Part shown: positions 17,271 to 37,277 of the stretch, one piece after another
How positions within the stretch are numbered: the stretch's first letter is position 1
How the letters are laid out: each line of letters opens with the position of its first letter
Assembly: GCF_009914755.1 (NCBI RefSeq)
Contig: NC_060935.1
Length of the DNA stretch: 64,000 nt
Strand: one strand, 5' to 3'
Origin: the human T2T-CHM13v2.0 reference genome, Homo sapiens
Program-made: the position numbers and the translations under genes
The notes under the pieces: model-generated
Database searches by the model: none
Told to the model about the DNA's origin: nothing
Seen by the model: the letters and a program-made list of their open reading frames with translations, nothing else

Positions 17271-17570
17271 GGCTGGGTGTGGTGGCTCGTGCCTGTAATC
17301 CCAGCACTTTGGGAGGCCAAGGCGGGTGGATCACGAGGTCAGGAGATCGAGACCACCCTGGCTAACACGGTAAAACCCCATCTCTACTAAAAATACAAAA
17401 AATTAGCCAGGTGTGGTGGCGTGCACCTGTAGTCCCAGCTACTCGGGAGGCTGAGAATTGCTTGAACCTGGGAGGCGGAGGATGCAGTGAGCCCAGATCG
17501 TGCCACTGCACTCCAGCCTAGGTGACAGAGTGAGACTCCGTCTCAAAAAACAAAACAAAACAAAACAAAA
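17271..17570 (+). mobile_element. AluY/Sc-type SINE
   Basis: gagatcgagaccaccctggctaacacgg; (CAAAA)n tail. Confidence 0.9.
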
Positions 17571-19268
17571 GTATAGCACAGAGATTCCAGCTAAGTATAT
17601 GCTCACCTCATTACCATTGTGGAAAAAAATAAATCCAAGAATAACTGTTATACAGGCAGATAAACCAAGGGGTATCTGCTGTTCCAATTTAGTTTTCTGA
17701 GTTCCATTGAGAATCATACTGTTGTTCCCACATACATAAAGAAACACACCAAACATGGCTCAGATTATTTCAGAACCAAAAACTAGAAAATTTTATCTGC
17801 TACCAAGAAAGTAATCAGCATACTACAAATATCAGCATGGCTTGAGGTGGTGATAAGACCAGCAATCCAGAAAGAAGAACAGTATTAAGAGAAATGAAAC
17901 CCTGTAAAACTGCAGCACCCTGTGAAACCACCTTTCCTGAAGAAGGATTCCTTATGAAGAGACAAGGCCTCTATAAGATGAAGTGAGTAACCCACACAGC
18001 AGTCAGTCTTTAAAGGGATACTCTGCTTATACTTATATAACCACTATCCTGGTAGAGGGAATTTGTAGTACTTGGGGCAATGGCTTCTAGTATCAGATGT
18101 CTCCAGCTCCAATCAGATGACCCCATTTCCCCTCTTTCTATTCTTTCTAACTCAATTTAACGATCATAGAGAGGAATAAGGGGGGAAGAAAGAAAGGGAC
18201 AGAAAGAGTCAAAACAAATTTAAAAAGAAAGAATGACGTGACAGTACTTAAGGGGGAAGAACGGATTTTTTCCCCCAAACTAATTTCTCTGCCCAGTAAT
18301 TTCAAATCTAGTGAAAAGTTCAAAGACTAGTACACTCTTCACCTAGATGCACCACTTGTCAACATTTTTGTCATTGAAAGGGAAACATGTGACACACGGT
18401 TAAAACCATCAGGAAATGCCTCTTTAATAAAGATGACACCGTAAAGATAAGAAACAGCCAACTAAGCCAAGGAAGAAGGGAGCATGCCAGGCAAAAGGAA
18501 ATGCATGTATGAAAGTCCTGAGGAGGCCAACAGCTTCCTCCAATGTGGCTAGAAAATGATACAAGATGCTGCTACAGAAGGGAGCAAAGGCCAAGTCTTA
18601 GAGCTATGTAAAGAGTTTAGATTTTATTCTAAGGGTAATGAGACCCCACAGGAGGAATGCAGGAAAGTTTCAAGATTTAAGTTTTTAAAAGATCACTCTT
18701 TTAAATCCAGGATCTGTTTGAAATAATCTAGGCGGCAGGAAGCAGAGGTAGATGAAGTTACTGAAGAAACAAAATTGTACTAACGCTGAGTGACGGGCAC
18801 ATGAAAGTCCATTATATAACTTACTACTTTTATATATTTCACATTTTCCATAATTTAAAAATGTCCATAGGATAGAGATTACTTTGGCTGCACTGTGAGG
18901 AACAAATTGGAGAGGGTATAAATATGACTATTTAGGAAGACATCGCAATACTTCAGATCAGATAATGATGGCTTGGACTAAGGCTGTGGTGCAGAGATGT
19001 AGGAAAGTACCCTGAAGGAAAATTGCAAAAATTTAGAACTTTTCTAAAATGTTAAAACATTTTCTAAGAAGCACCTTTGCCAATCTTAATCCAAAGAAGT
19101 GACTGCTTTATGTGTCCTGTATGATGATCCCTATGAGTTTATTCATTCTGAAAAGCAGAAATCATGACTTTTAGTTTAATCACATCCATATTTCAGAAAG
19201 ACAATATGTACACACAGACATTTAATACTCAAGTCAAATAAATGTATTTGTACATTTTGTTTCTGACA

Positions 19269-19624
<356 letters not shown>

Positions 19625-20984
19625 TAACAACTATTATATTACTAAAAACTATGTTATATGTATATTACAAAAAGCACTAGAAAGTCAGGAGAGAGGGGTG
19701 CAAACATTGAATTTGTCATTCATAATTGAAGGAATTACACGAGATGATCCAAAGTCCTCCAGCTCTAATATTCAATGTCTATGTCTAGGTATTGAGGTAT
19801 TTATTTATTTGCCTTATAACAAGGCAACAATTGATAATACCATCTTAGAATTTTGGAACTGGAAGCAATGATCTAATTCACACTCTTTTCAGACTGGAAA
19901 ACTTAGACCTGAGATGTGACAAGAGTTGCCCAAGATGGAAAAAAAAAAAAAAAAAAAAAAAGGGCCAAGAAGAACGTAGACATCTAGCCTTCCATTCCAG
20001 GGCTCTTTCCGATGTTTCTCAAAGTATCAAATGGATGAAGGAATAGTTCACAAGACCTAACTTATGAATCAAACCACTTTCTGCGCAGCTTTGTATCTGG
20101 TTTTTGATATTGGGTTGTTTCTGTCTATGCACCTTGAGGCATTATCCATTTCTAAAACATAACCCTGTCAAATAGTTACTGTGGAAACAGAAAAATTATT
20201 AATACTTCTTCCAATCCATTCTTCCTTTCTTAAAAAACAGCATTATTGAGATGTAATGCACATACCATACAACTCATCCACTTAAAGTGTACCATCCAAT
20301 GGCTTTTAGTGTATTACATTATTTATTTAACGGTGGTAAAATATATTTACTGTGAAATTTGCCATTTTAATCATTTTTTTTTTTAGTGTACAATCAGTGG
20401 CGCCAATTACATGCCCAGCACTGCACAACCACCACACTATTTCCCAATCTATTCTTACAGTCAAAATTTTTGAAGCAGCCATTCCACTTCCAAACTGATT
20501 TCGGAAAATTTTAAATACAAAAAGCAGAGTCTGCTATAGTATATATGCTCAATGGGGGCAAACACTCGTTCTTGGAGGAAAAAAATCTAAATCTGGTCCT
20601 CTAAATCTAACTTAACCTTACCTGTCAAAATCTTATTCCTTTATATTTAATGTCTCTTCCTAGAGAAAAATTAATTTAAAATTAAATTATACTTTTCTCT
20701 TTAGTGGTGTGATAATTTTTAAAAATTCAAAAGCAAGTGTTGTTACTCAAAATGTAATATGCTATCATAGACAATGCCTAACCTACAAAGCGGCTCTATC
20801 CCACTGAAACCCACACAAAGCTGTAAACTGCCCAGTTACCCCTCAAAAACTAATTTTATCAATAATGTTCACTAGAATAGGAAAAATTATCTTGTAATTT
20901 TAATATTTAAAGCAGAAAAGGCAAGTACACTGGCTAAAAAAGTGTTTTAAATTTATCCCAAATGCTGATAATTAAGAGAAAACA

Positions 20985-21042
20985 ATTGCTTAGATTTCTG
21001 GCCAAGATCAAGTGTAGTATCGGTTCTTATCAGTGTAATATC
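20985..21042 (+). pseudogene. U2 snRNA 5' fragment (3'-truncated retropseudogene)
   Basis: tggccaagatcaagtgtagtatcggttcttatcagtgtaatatc vs U2 TGGCTAAGATCAAGTGTAGTATCTGTTCTTATCAGTTTAATATC; followed by an A-rich (CAA)n tail. Confidence 0.88.
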
Positions 21043-21410
21043 GACAACAACAACAAAAAAGAATACAGAACACATGAACTAAGTAAAACCAGGAAAGGAG
21101 AAAGAAAATAAAGGTAAGCTCTTTAACTTCTTTAGTCCTAATTATCTTTAAGTCTCAATTCCTAATTATCTATCTTCTATCTCTTCTTCTTTCTCTCTCA
21201 CCCTTAGATGTAAGCTCCATAAGCACAGCCACCTGCCTTTTTCATCACTGTATTCCCAGCACCAAGCACAGTTCCTACTTAATGGTAGACACTCAATTAT
21301 TTGATGAACTGGAACAGGGACAAGAAAATAAAAAGAGAATGAAAGCAACAGGGAGAGGGGGAGTAAGCAATGTAAAATATTTCTGCAGACAGCTAGAAAA
21401 GAGAGTTCCA

Positions 21411-21732
<322 letters not shown>

Positions 21733-21734
21733 CT

Positions 21735-22356
<622 letters not shown>

Positions 22357-22746
22357 CCCAAAACACAAACTGAAGAGAGTTCCCTGTAGGTGTGAAAGAG
22401 AAATTATCTGAATGAATATATTAATATGCAGGAAGTGATACAGAAGAGATGAAAAAGATGGCAAAGATGACTCTGGGTTGTTCAGAGCACTGTGGGAGCG
22501 AACAGGTGATATCACTAACCGAAGAGGGCTCATTGTTGTCTTTTCCCCGCTTTTCTCTCCCTTTTAAGGGGAGGAAAGGGAAAGGAGAATGCTCCCATGG
22601 ACATCTGTATATAGGAGTAAATAACCAAGTCCATATGTTTAATTAAAGAAATACTTACACAGGCATATTCTAGTATCAGACCTCTATAAAACGCCAGGCT
22701 TCTATGCTCATCATGTATATTCCATAGGTATTTAAAACTTGAGCAG

Positions 22747-23330
22747 GGCCAGGTCCGGTGGTTCACACCTGTAATCCCAATGCTTTGGGAGGCTGAGGAA
22801 GGAGGATAGCTGGAAGCCAGAAGTTTAACATCAGCCTGGGAAATAGTGAGACCCTGTTTCTTTGTTTGTTTGTTTGTTTAAACACAGAGTCTTGCTCTGT
22901 TGTCTAGGCTGAAGTGCAGTGGCACGATCGGGGCTCACTGACTGCAGCCTCAAACTCCTAGGCTCAAGCAATCCTCCTACTCAGCTTTCTCATGTAACTG
23001 GGACCACAGGCATGTCCCACCATGCTTGACTAATTTTTAAATTTTTCTGTAGAGTCCAGGTTTCCTTACTATTGCCCAGGCTAGTCTTGATCTCCTGGAC
23101 TCAAGTGATCCTCTGGGCTCAGCCTTCCAAAGTGCTGGGATTAACACTCAAAAAAGACGCTGGGCATGGTAGCATGTGCTTGTAGTCCTCCTTAGCTACT
23201 TGGGTTGCTGAGGGAGGAGGACTGCTGGAGCCCAGGACTTCAAGGCTGTAGTGAGTGATTGCACCAACTGCACTTCAGCCTGGGTGCCAAAGTGAGACCC
23301 TGTATCACTAAAAACAAACAAACAAAAACG
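22747..23330 (+). mobile_element. AluJ interrupted by an oppositely oriented AluJ (~22858-23146)
   Basis: Left arm +, then an antisense dimer, then right arm +. Confidence 0.85.
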
Positions 23331-24402
23331 GGGAAAAAACCTTCAACAGCATATTAGAAGATTCCTTTATGATTCAAAACCATAATTTTAGGTGTTACAA
23401 CATCAGTTAGATGTTTCTTTTATAGAAAATTCTGCAGAACTATAAACTTATACTGTAAGAACTCCATTTCTTTGTGAAATTTATATTTTGTCTTTACTCC
23501 TTGCTAATAAGTGATCAGCTCATACCTTTTTTCAGTTAACATTCATTTGACAAGCAGAGGTACCTAGATGAGTAGCATACTATGTCATCTTATAGTTTCC
23601 TGAGATTTTGTCATAAAGCAGAACGAAATGAGCTCATTATAGTTTCTAGTTATTTCAATAAATTAGAAAATGTATATGATGTACTTTATATATCATAAAG
23701 CAATACCCAAGCCAAAGTTATCACTATTCACCAGCAGATGGTGATCATGTCTTACTTAAAGAAAAATTCTGACACCTTATTTGAGGGCTAGCCAGCCAAT
23801 TGCTAAAAATGATCAATAAGCAAACTAGAGTATCTGAATAAAATGTTGGTGATTTTTAAGTACAATCAAATGGAACACCAGCAAACACAAGCAATAAAAA
23901 ACAAGTTTAGAAGTCTGAAGACTTCTAAAGGAACTGTTTTCTCTATGTGAACATTTGCAAACTGGTAATTAAATAAAAAGGTAACAATGAATGTGTTTCT
24001 GGCAATCCTATATAGATTATTAAACCACTCATTCCACACTGAACTTCTTGAACTACAAATAGAAAAACTTCTACCCAGCAAAATGGTGACACTAAACCAT
24101 TTTTAAAAAAAACAAACAAAAGGACAGACTAGTACAATAAAACCTCATGACCTCATCACCTCACTTAAACAATTATAAATAAATGAACAAGACTTTTTTT
24201 CTTCTCCAATGGATCATTTTAAAGCAAATTCTAGATATCATTATTTCATCCATAAATACTTCAGTGTGTATCTCTAAAAGATAAAATTGCCATAATACCA
24301 TTATTACCTCTTTGAAAATAACCATAATACCATTATGATATTAACTATAATTATTTTTAAATAACCATATCATTATTACCACATTTTCAAAATTAGTAAT
24401 CC

Positions 24403-25194
<792 letters not shown>

Positions 25195-25490
25195 GGGAAG
25201 GGGAGGGGAGGAGGAGGGGGGAAGGGGGGGAGGGGAGTGGAGGGGGAGGGAAGAGGGGGAGGGAAGGGGGGAATGGAGCGGGAGGGAAGGGGGAATGCAG
25301 GGGGAGTGGAGGGGGTGGGGGAGGGGGAGAGGATGGGGAGGGGAGTGGAGGGGGGAGGGAAGGGGGAATGGAGGGGGAGTGGAGGGGAGGGGTGGGGGAG
25401 GGAAGGGGAGAGGATGGGGAGGGGAGGGGGTGGGGGAGGGAAGGGGAGAGCATGGGGGAGGGAAGGGGAGAGGATGGGGGAGGGGAGGGG
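25195..25490 (+). repeat. G-rich polypurine low-complexity/VNTR-like tract
   Basis: ~300 nt almost entirely G/A with recurring ggggagggaaggggagaggatgggg units. Confidence 0.95.
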
Positions 25491-25769
25491 AAAAAATACC
25501 TTCAGGCTTTAGAGAAAAACAATGTTCCTAGCGGTGTTTTACTAAGACTGGGTCCCTTGAAAACTCATAAAACATGAAATTAACAAGTATTTTCATTTAT
25601 ATGTGACACTGAACAAATCTTTTACACTGCTGTTGGTCTCAAACAATAATAATATAAGGTTATCAAACATGTGGAAACTTTTTTTAATCAACTATTACCA
25701 TGTTAAGAGCATGATAAAGTCCCCTCTAACATATGCTCCCTCTTCTCTCTTTCTGAAAAAAGTTCTTGG

Positions 25770-26900
<1,131 letters not shown>

Positions 26901-28069
26901 TGCTTAAATATACTATTGTCTTGCTGTGCTGGTTAAAGATTTGTTCAGGTAACAGAAAACCTTACTAGAGTGGCTTTACAAATAAAAGGTTAGTTTTTCT
27001 CATGTAATGAGAAGTCCAGAGTAATGAGTTGCCAGTTTTTGTTTACTGGCTCAACAAATCTGTCATACTGAACTTCTTGGAGTTCCCAAACATACCATGC
27101 TATTTCTAGCCTCTAGGGCTTAGCATGTACAGTTCCCTCTATTCTCACTCCATCCCCTCCCATCATGGGGTTCAATTTAGATGTTGCTTCCTTTGGAAAT
27201 CATCTTTTTATCCCACTTAATCCAGACTAAGTGCCAATGCTGGGTGTTCCCAAATGATCCTAACTTGTACTTATGCATCACATTGTATCATAAATGCCTG
27301 TTTACTTAGCTCTATCCCACATTAAACAGGCCTATATCTTCAGCACCTAGGACAGTGGCTAGCACATACCATGCATTCCATAAAGACTTGTTCAATTCAA
27401 TGGGTTTGGTCTTTAAAAAAACCAAGTAACTTTTTGATAAACATCAACTTCTAACCCAAGTAACTAACTGATTAGCAAACAATAATACATGTTTCTTGCT
27501 CATACTTAAAGAACCAAACAGAAAAAAGGAACAAATTTCTAAATCCATTAAGGAAACATGTAAAATAAAATATCTGTCTTCAGGATGTGCAATCAACCAT
27601 TCCATGCCATCAACTTACAGGTGGACAAGCATAAACTGGCTTTTATGAAAACTGAAGTTTTAGGAAGTTTAGTGAGCTTGCTAATTAATAGATGACAAAA
27701 GGCAGGCTACCTAAGATAATAAAAAACAAAACAGAAGAGAGACTATGGGCCGGGTGCTGTGGCTCACACCTGTAATCCCAGCACTTTGGGAAGCCAAGGT
27801 GGGCGAATCACTGGAGGTCAGGAGTTTGAGACAAGCCTGGCCAACATGGTGAAACCTGTCTCTACTAAAAATACAAAAATTAGCCGCGTGTGGTGGCACA
27901 TGCTGGTAGTCCCTGCTACTCGGGAGGCTGAAGCAGGAGAATGGCTTGAACCCAGGAAGCAGAAGTTGCAGTGAGCCAAGATCATGCCACTGCACTACAG
28001 CCTGGGTGACAGAGCGAGACTCCGTCTCAAAAAAAAAAAAAAAAAAGAGACTATGACTAAATAAATGGT

Positions 28070-32480
<4,411 letters not shown>

Positions 32481-32502
32481 CAGAGAGAATTCTCAATTTT
32501 TA

Positions 32503-33162
<660 letters not shown>

Positions 33163-33869
33163 TTATACGTAGATCTATTTGTTAAACATGAACTATGAAC
33201 TCTAAAAAGAAACAATCTGCATATCATATCGTATAGTGGATTTTAACATTTCCATAAGGCAAAAGATCCTTAAAACTTTATAGGAGGATATTACTGTCTC
33301 CATTATGAAGAAACTCTGAAGTTAATAAATTGCCAGGTCACACAAATATCAAGTGGCAAGGCTAAGATTTCAACCCAGCTAATACTAAAAATCCTGACAT
33401 TTACTACGTACCATCATGCTTCCCATTAATTTATCCCCACAAATACTATGTATATTAAGAGATTTAGTCTACCAAACTGAATTTATTAAAGTATCCTATG
33501 TTGTGCTTAGCAAGATTATTGTTAACTTATCATTCAGAATATCTGATCAGCACGCGAATAAAAAATTACCCAATTTTGGTAAATAAATGTATTATTTATT
33601 TAAATTTAAAATTGGCATTTAAAAATATTTAAAATGGCTGGAGCCTTGGACACCTTTTCACTCAAGCCAGGAGTACCCCAAGGAACACATATATTTCCTA
33701 TTTCATATAGTTCAACATTATATTATGATCTGTTGTTGAGACCACTAGAATGTATGTTCCATTAAAGTTTTAGTCACAAGGTTTAGAGAAGGGGTTAGCA
33801 TACAGTAGACACTCAATATACAGTGGGGAATAAAAGATCCCCATAATTTTAATTCTCCTAAAACTATAA

Positions 33870-35347
33870 TGGTGGAGGCATATTACATCAAGATGGTGGG
33901 CTCACCCTCCTGCCCAAATCTCTTAAAATACAGTAAAAAAGAAAAAAAAGTACTGTTCTTGTGTTTCCAACAAATATGGAGTAATAAGGACAAAGTTTAC
34001 CTGACTGAAACAACTAAACGACAACAAAAATATATGAAACTAGACACTCAAGACATTATACGAGTAACAAAAGACTATGAATAGTGATACATGAGAGATG
34101 CAAAACAGAGATAAACCCTATAACTACCCCAATTTACAAACTGGGTAAAGAGGCAAACAGGGAGGATCAATCAAAAACCTGGCAATCTCCCTTAGAGAGA
34201 TGAGGTTAAGAGTCAAGAAGGCAAAGGTAGAATTAACAGAGAAAAGTGTCAGAGAAGAGAGCTGCAGAGAGTACTCTGGAAATTTGCAGAGTCCCTCTGA
34301 GTCTTTAGCAAAGGACTGAGCAGGGCATGTACCCGGGGAAATTACCCAAGGTCAGGGATAGAACTGCTCCAAAGAAATAAAGGGAATAGCACCCAACACC
34401 CACACAGGTCTATGAACAAGGCCTGCCCCCCAACAGCAAGAATGGAAAAGCTCATCTTTTGGCTAACACTGGTTAAAGCAACAGGGGGTCAGCAAATTAT
34501 ATCCTACAGATCAAATGTGGTTCAGCACCTATTTTTGTATAGCCCAAGAACTAAGAATGACTTTTACATTATTAAATGGCTGAAAAAGGTAAAAAAAAGA
34601 ACATTTCATGACAATTTAAAACTACATAAAATTTAAATTATAGTATCTAAAAATAAAGTTCACAACCATGTTTATTCATTTAAATACCATTTATGGTTGC
34701 TTTTACACTACAGTAGAAGAGAGAGATAGCTGACACACAAACTGTAGAGCCCACAAAGCCTAAAATACGTACTATCTGGGTCTTTACAGAAAAATAGGTC
34801 TTGCCTTAATATGAAAAAAATAAAAACTAGACTAAACGCATATCCAGTCCCACTTAACAAAGCTTAAAAATCAAGATGCTAAATAATCAATCTCTTTCCA
34901 ATCAACTTAATCATAATGCAGAACAAATATCAAGAATATCATAGGAATATAAAAATATCCAGCATCTAGCATAGTAAAATTCAGAGTTTAGTATCTACTA
35001 AAAACTTACCAGGCATTGCTAATGTACCTTCAGAACAGTAAAAAAAAAAAAAAGTTCGAGTGCTGTGACTCACACCTGTAATCCCAGCACTATGGGAGGC
35101 CTAGACAGGCAACTGCTTGAGTCCAGGAGTTTGAGACGAGTCTGGGCAACACAGTGAAACCCCGTCTCTACTAAAAATACAAAAAAATACAAAAAATATT
35201 TGTCAGGTATGGAGGTGTACGCCTGTAATAGTAACTACTCGGGAGGCTGAGGTAGGAGAATCACTTGAGTCAGGAAGGTCAAGGCTGCAGTGAGCCAAGA
35301 TCACACCACTGTAGTCTAACCTGGGCAACCAGAGTGAGACACTATCT

Positions 35348-35386
<39 letters not shown>

Positions 35387-35985
35387 AGGGGTAAAAAAAA
35401 AAAAGTAAAATATTACCGGGCATGCAAAGGAAGCAGAAAAATTCAACCCAAAGTGAGAAAAACAAAAACAACAAAAAAAATCAAACCTGACCCAGAAATT
35501 ACTGGTAATAGAATCAGTAGAAAAAGACATGAAAAGTTCTTATATGACTATGACTATAATCCATATGTTCAAGAACCTAGAGGAAAAACTGAAAACATGT
35601 TGAGTGAGATAAGGTTAATATAAAAAAAGACCCAAACAAAAATTCTAGAAAGGGAAATTCTAAAGTCTGATACTGAATGGGATAAAAGGTAGAGAAGACA
35701 GGTTAAAAAAAAAAAAAAAAAGACTAGCGAACTTAAAAATGTAACAATGAAAACTAAACAAAATGATACAGAGGAAAAAAAACTGCCTTAGTCTAGTGAA
35801 AAAGGTATCCAATATAATGAAAATAACAGTCGTGGCATGCATCTAAAGCAGTATTTGTAGAAAAATTTATATGCTACAAATCCCAGTGGATACAGTTAAA
35901 CAAAAAGGAAAAAAAATTACAAAGCTAAAAATTCATTAGAAACAAAGAAAAGTCTTAAATCTATGACCAAAGCTTTCACCTTAAA
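33870..35985 (+). mobile_element. Very old L1M 5'/ORF remnant (outer layer of a nest), with MER58-like insert (~34480-34795) and AluJ (35057-35385)
   Basis: A-rich L1-like sequence ending aagctttcaccttaaaag; appears to resume at ~46915. Confidence 0.6.
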
Positions 35986-37277
35986 AGACAACAAGGGAGA
36001 GACTTTAAGATTGCTAACTAGAGGCCTCCTCTACTAAGAACAACCAAAATAGTGAGTAGATAATGACACTTTGAATAGATCACCCAAGAGATAGATGCCA
36101 GGAAAAGAGAGGCATGTGGCCATAGTTCCAGCTACTTGTGAGGGTGAGATGGGAGGATTACTGAGGCCAAGAGTTGGAGACCAGCCTGGGTCAAAAAGCA
36201 AGACCTTATCTCAAAAAACTAATTTTTAAAAACATTAAAAAAAACAGAACACTGGAATTCAACAGAAAAATGACAGGAAACATCTACGGCAAGGAAGGAG
36301 AAAGAAGGCAACCTGCTCAACCCCCATCAAATGGGAGCCAGGAGAAACTCCCCAATGTGTTAAAAGGAAAAGTGAGAGCTCAGCGGTCCATGTTCCCACC
36401 GTGGATTTCTGCAATTCTAGCTAGCCACGGGAGAGGGCCTCAACTCTCACAGGTCCTGAAACTAACAAAGGAAGCTGTCGGGAGATTGTATGAAGATGCA
36501 GCTCCAGGGAGGGAGCTTGTCCTGGGTTCCACAGATTCCCTGAGACCTAGGCAGCTATAGCAAGGTGCCATTTTAGAGTCCTGTCCCCAACAGACTGCCC
36601 ATTGTCCTGGGGCCCAGTGCCACCAGGGCTGAGACTCAAGTGATGCATGGACTACTGCCGCCGGGGCTGAGGCACAAGCAAGGCACAGGCTACCTCTGTC
36701 AGGGTTGAAGCATGAGCAAGTGGCAGGCCACTATGGCCACAGCTGAGGCGCGAGCACCCCCAGACTGATCAGGAGCTGAGATGTGAGCAGAGCGTGTGTT
36801 CCCCACCCACCAGTCTAAGCTACTACCATAGAAGGCAGCTCCACCCTCCACAGTGGCAGGGCCCCAACACATCCCTGATGGTCCCCAAGTCAATTACTCT
36901 GCCCAGGGCCTGGGGAATGCCCCGCACCTGCCCACTACTGATTGTACCTGCACACACCAACAGGGAGCCTGAGGATAAGCCCTTCTGGCCCAGCTTCACC
37001 CCCATTCACACCATCCCAGACACACATTCTGGAAACAGGGGACTGCTCAGCCCACCACTGTTGGTATGTGAGCACACCTCCCAGCGGCCTGAGGTTGGGC
37101 CTGTCTACCCGCAGCTGCCACCACAGCTGTAACCTACCTGCAGACGCCACCTGCAGGCCTTGGGAGTGGCTGGCCCAGTCTATCACAGCCACCGCCAACA
37201 CCAGTACACACTGCTCAGGACTAAGAAGGCAGTCCTGCCACTGCCATCAACCATGCCATGCTGACTGCCTAAGAGCC

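Noticed and set aside
24288-24382. Degenerate ccataataccattatt repeats
   Set aside because: Probably slippage within an old L1MC-type 3' region; nothing suggests function.
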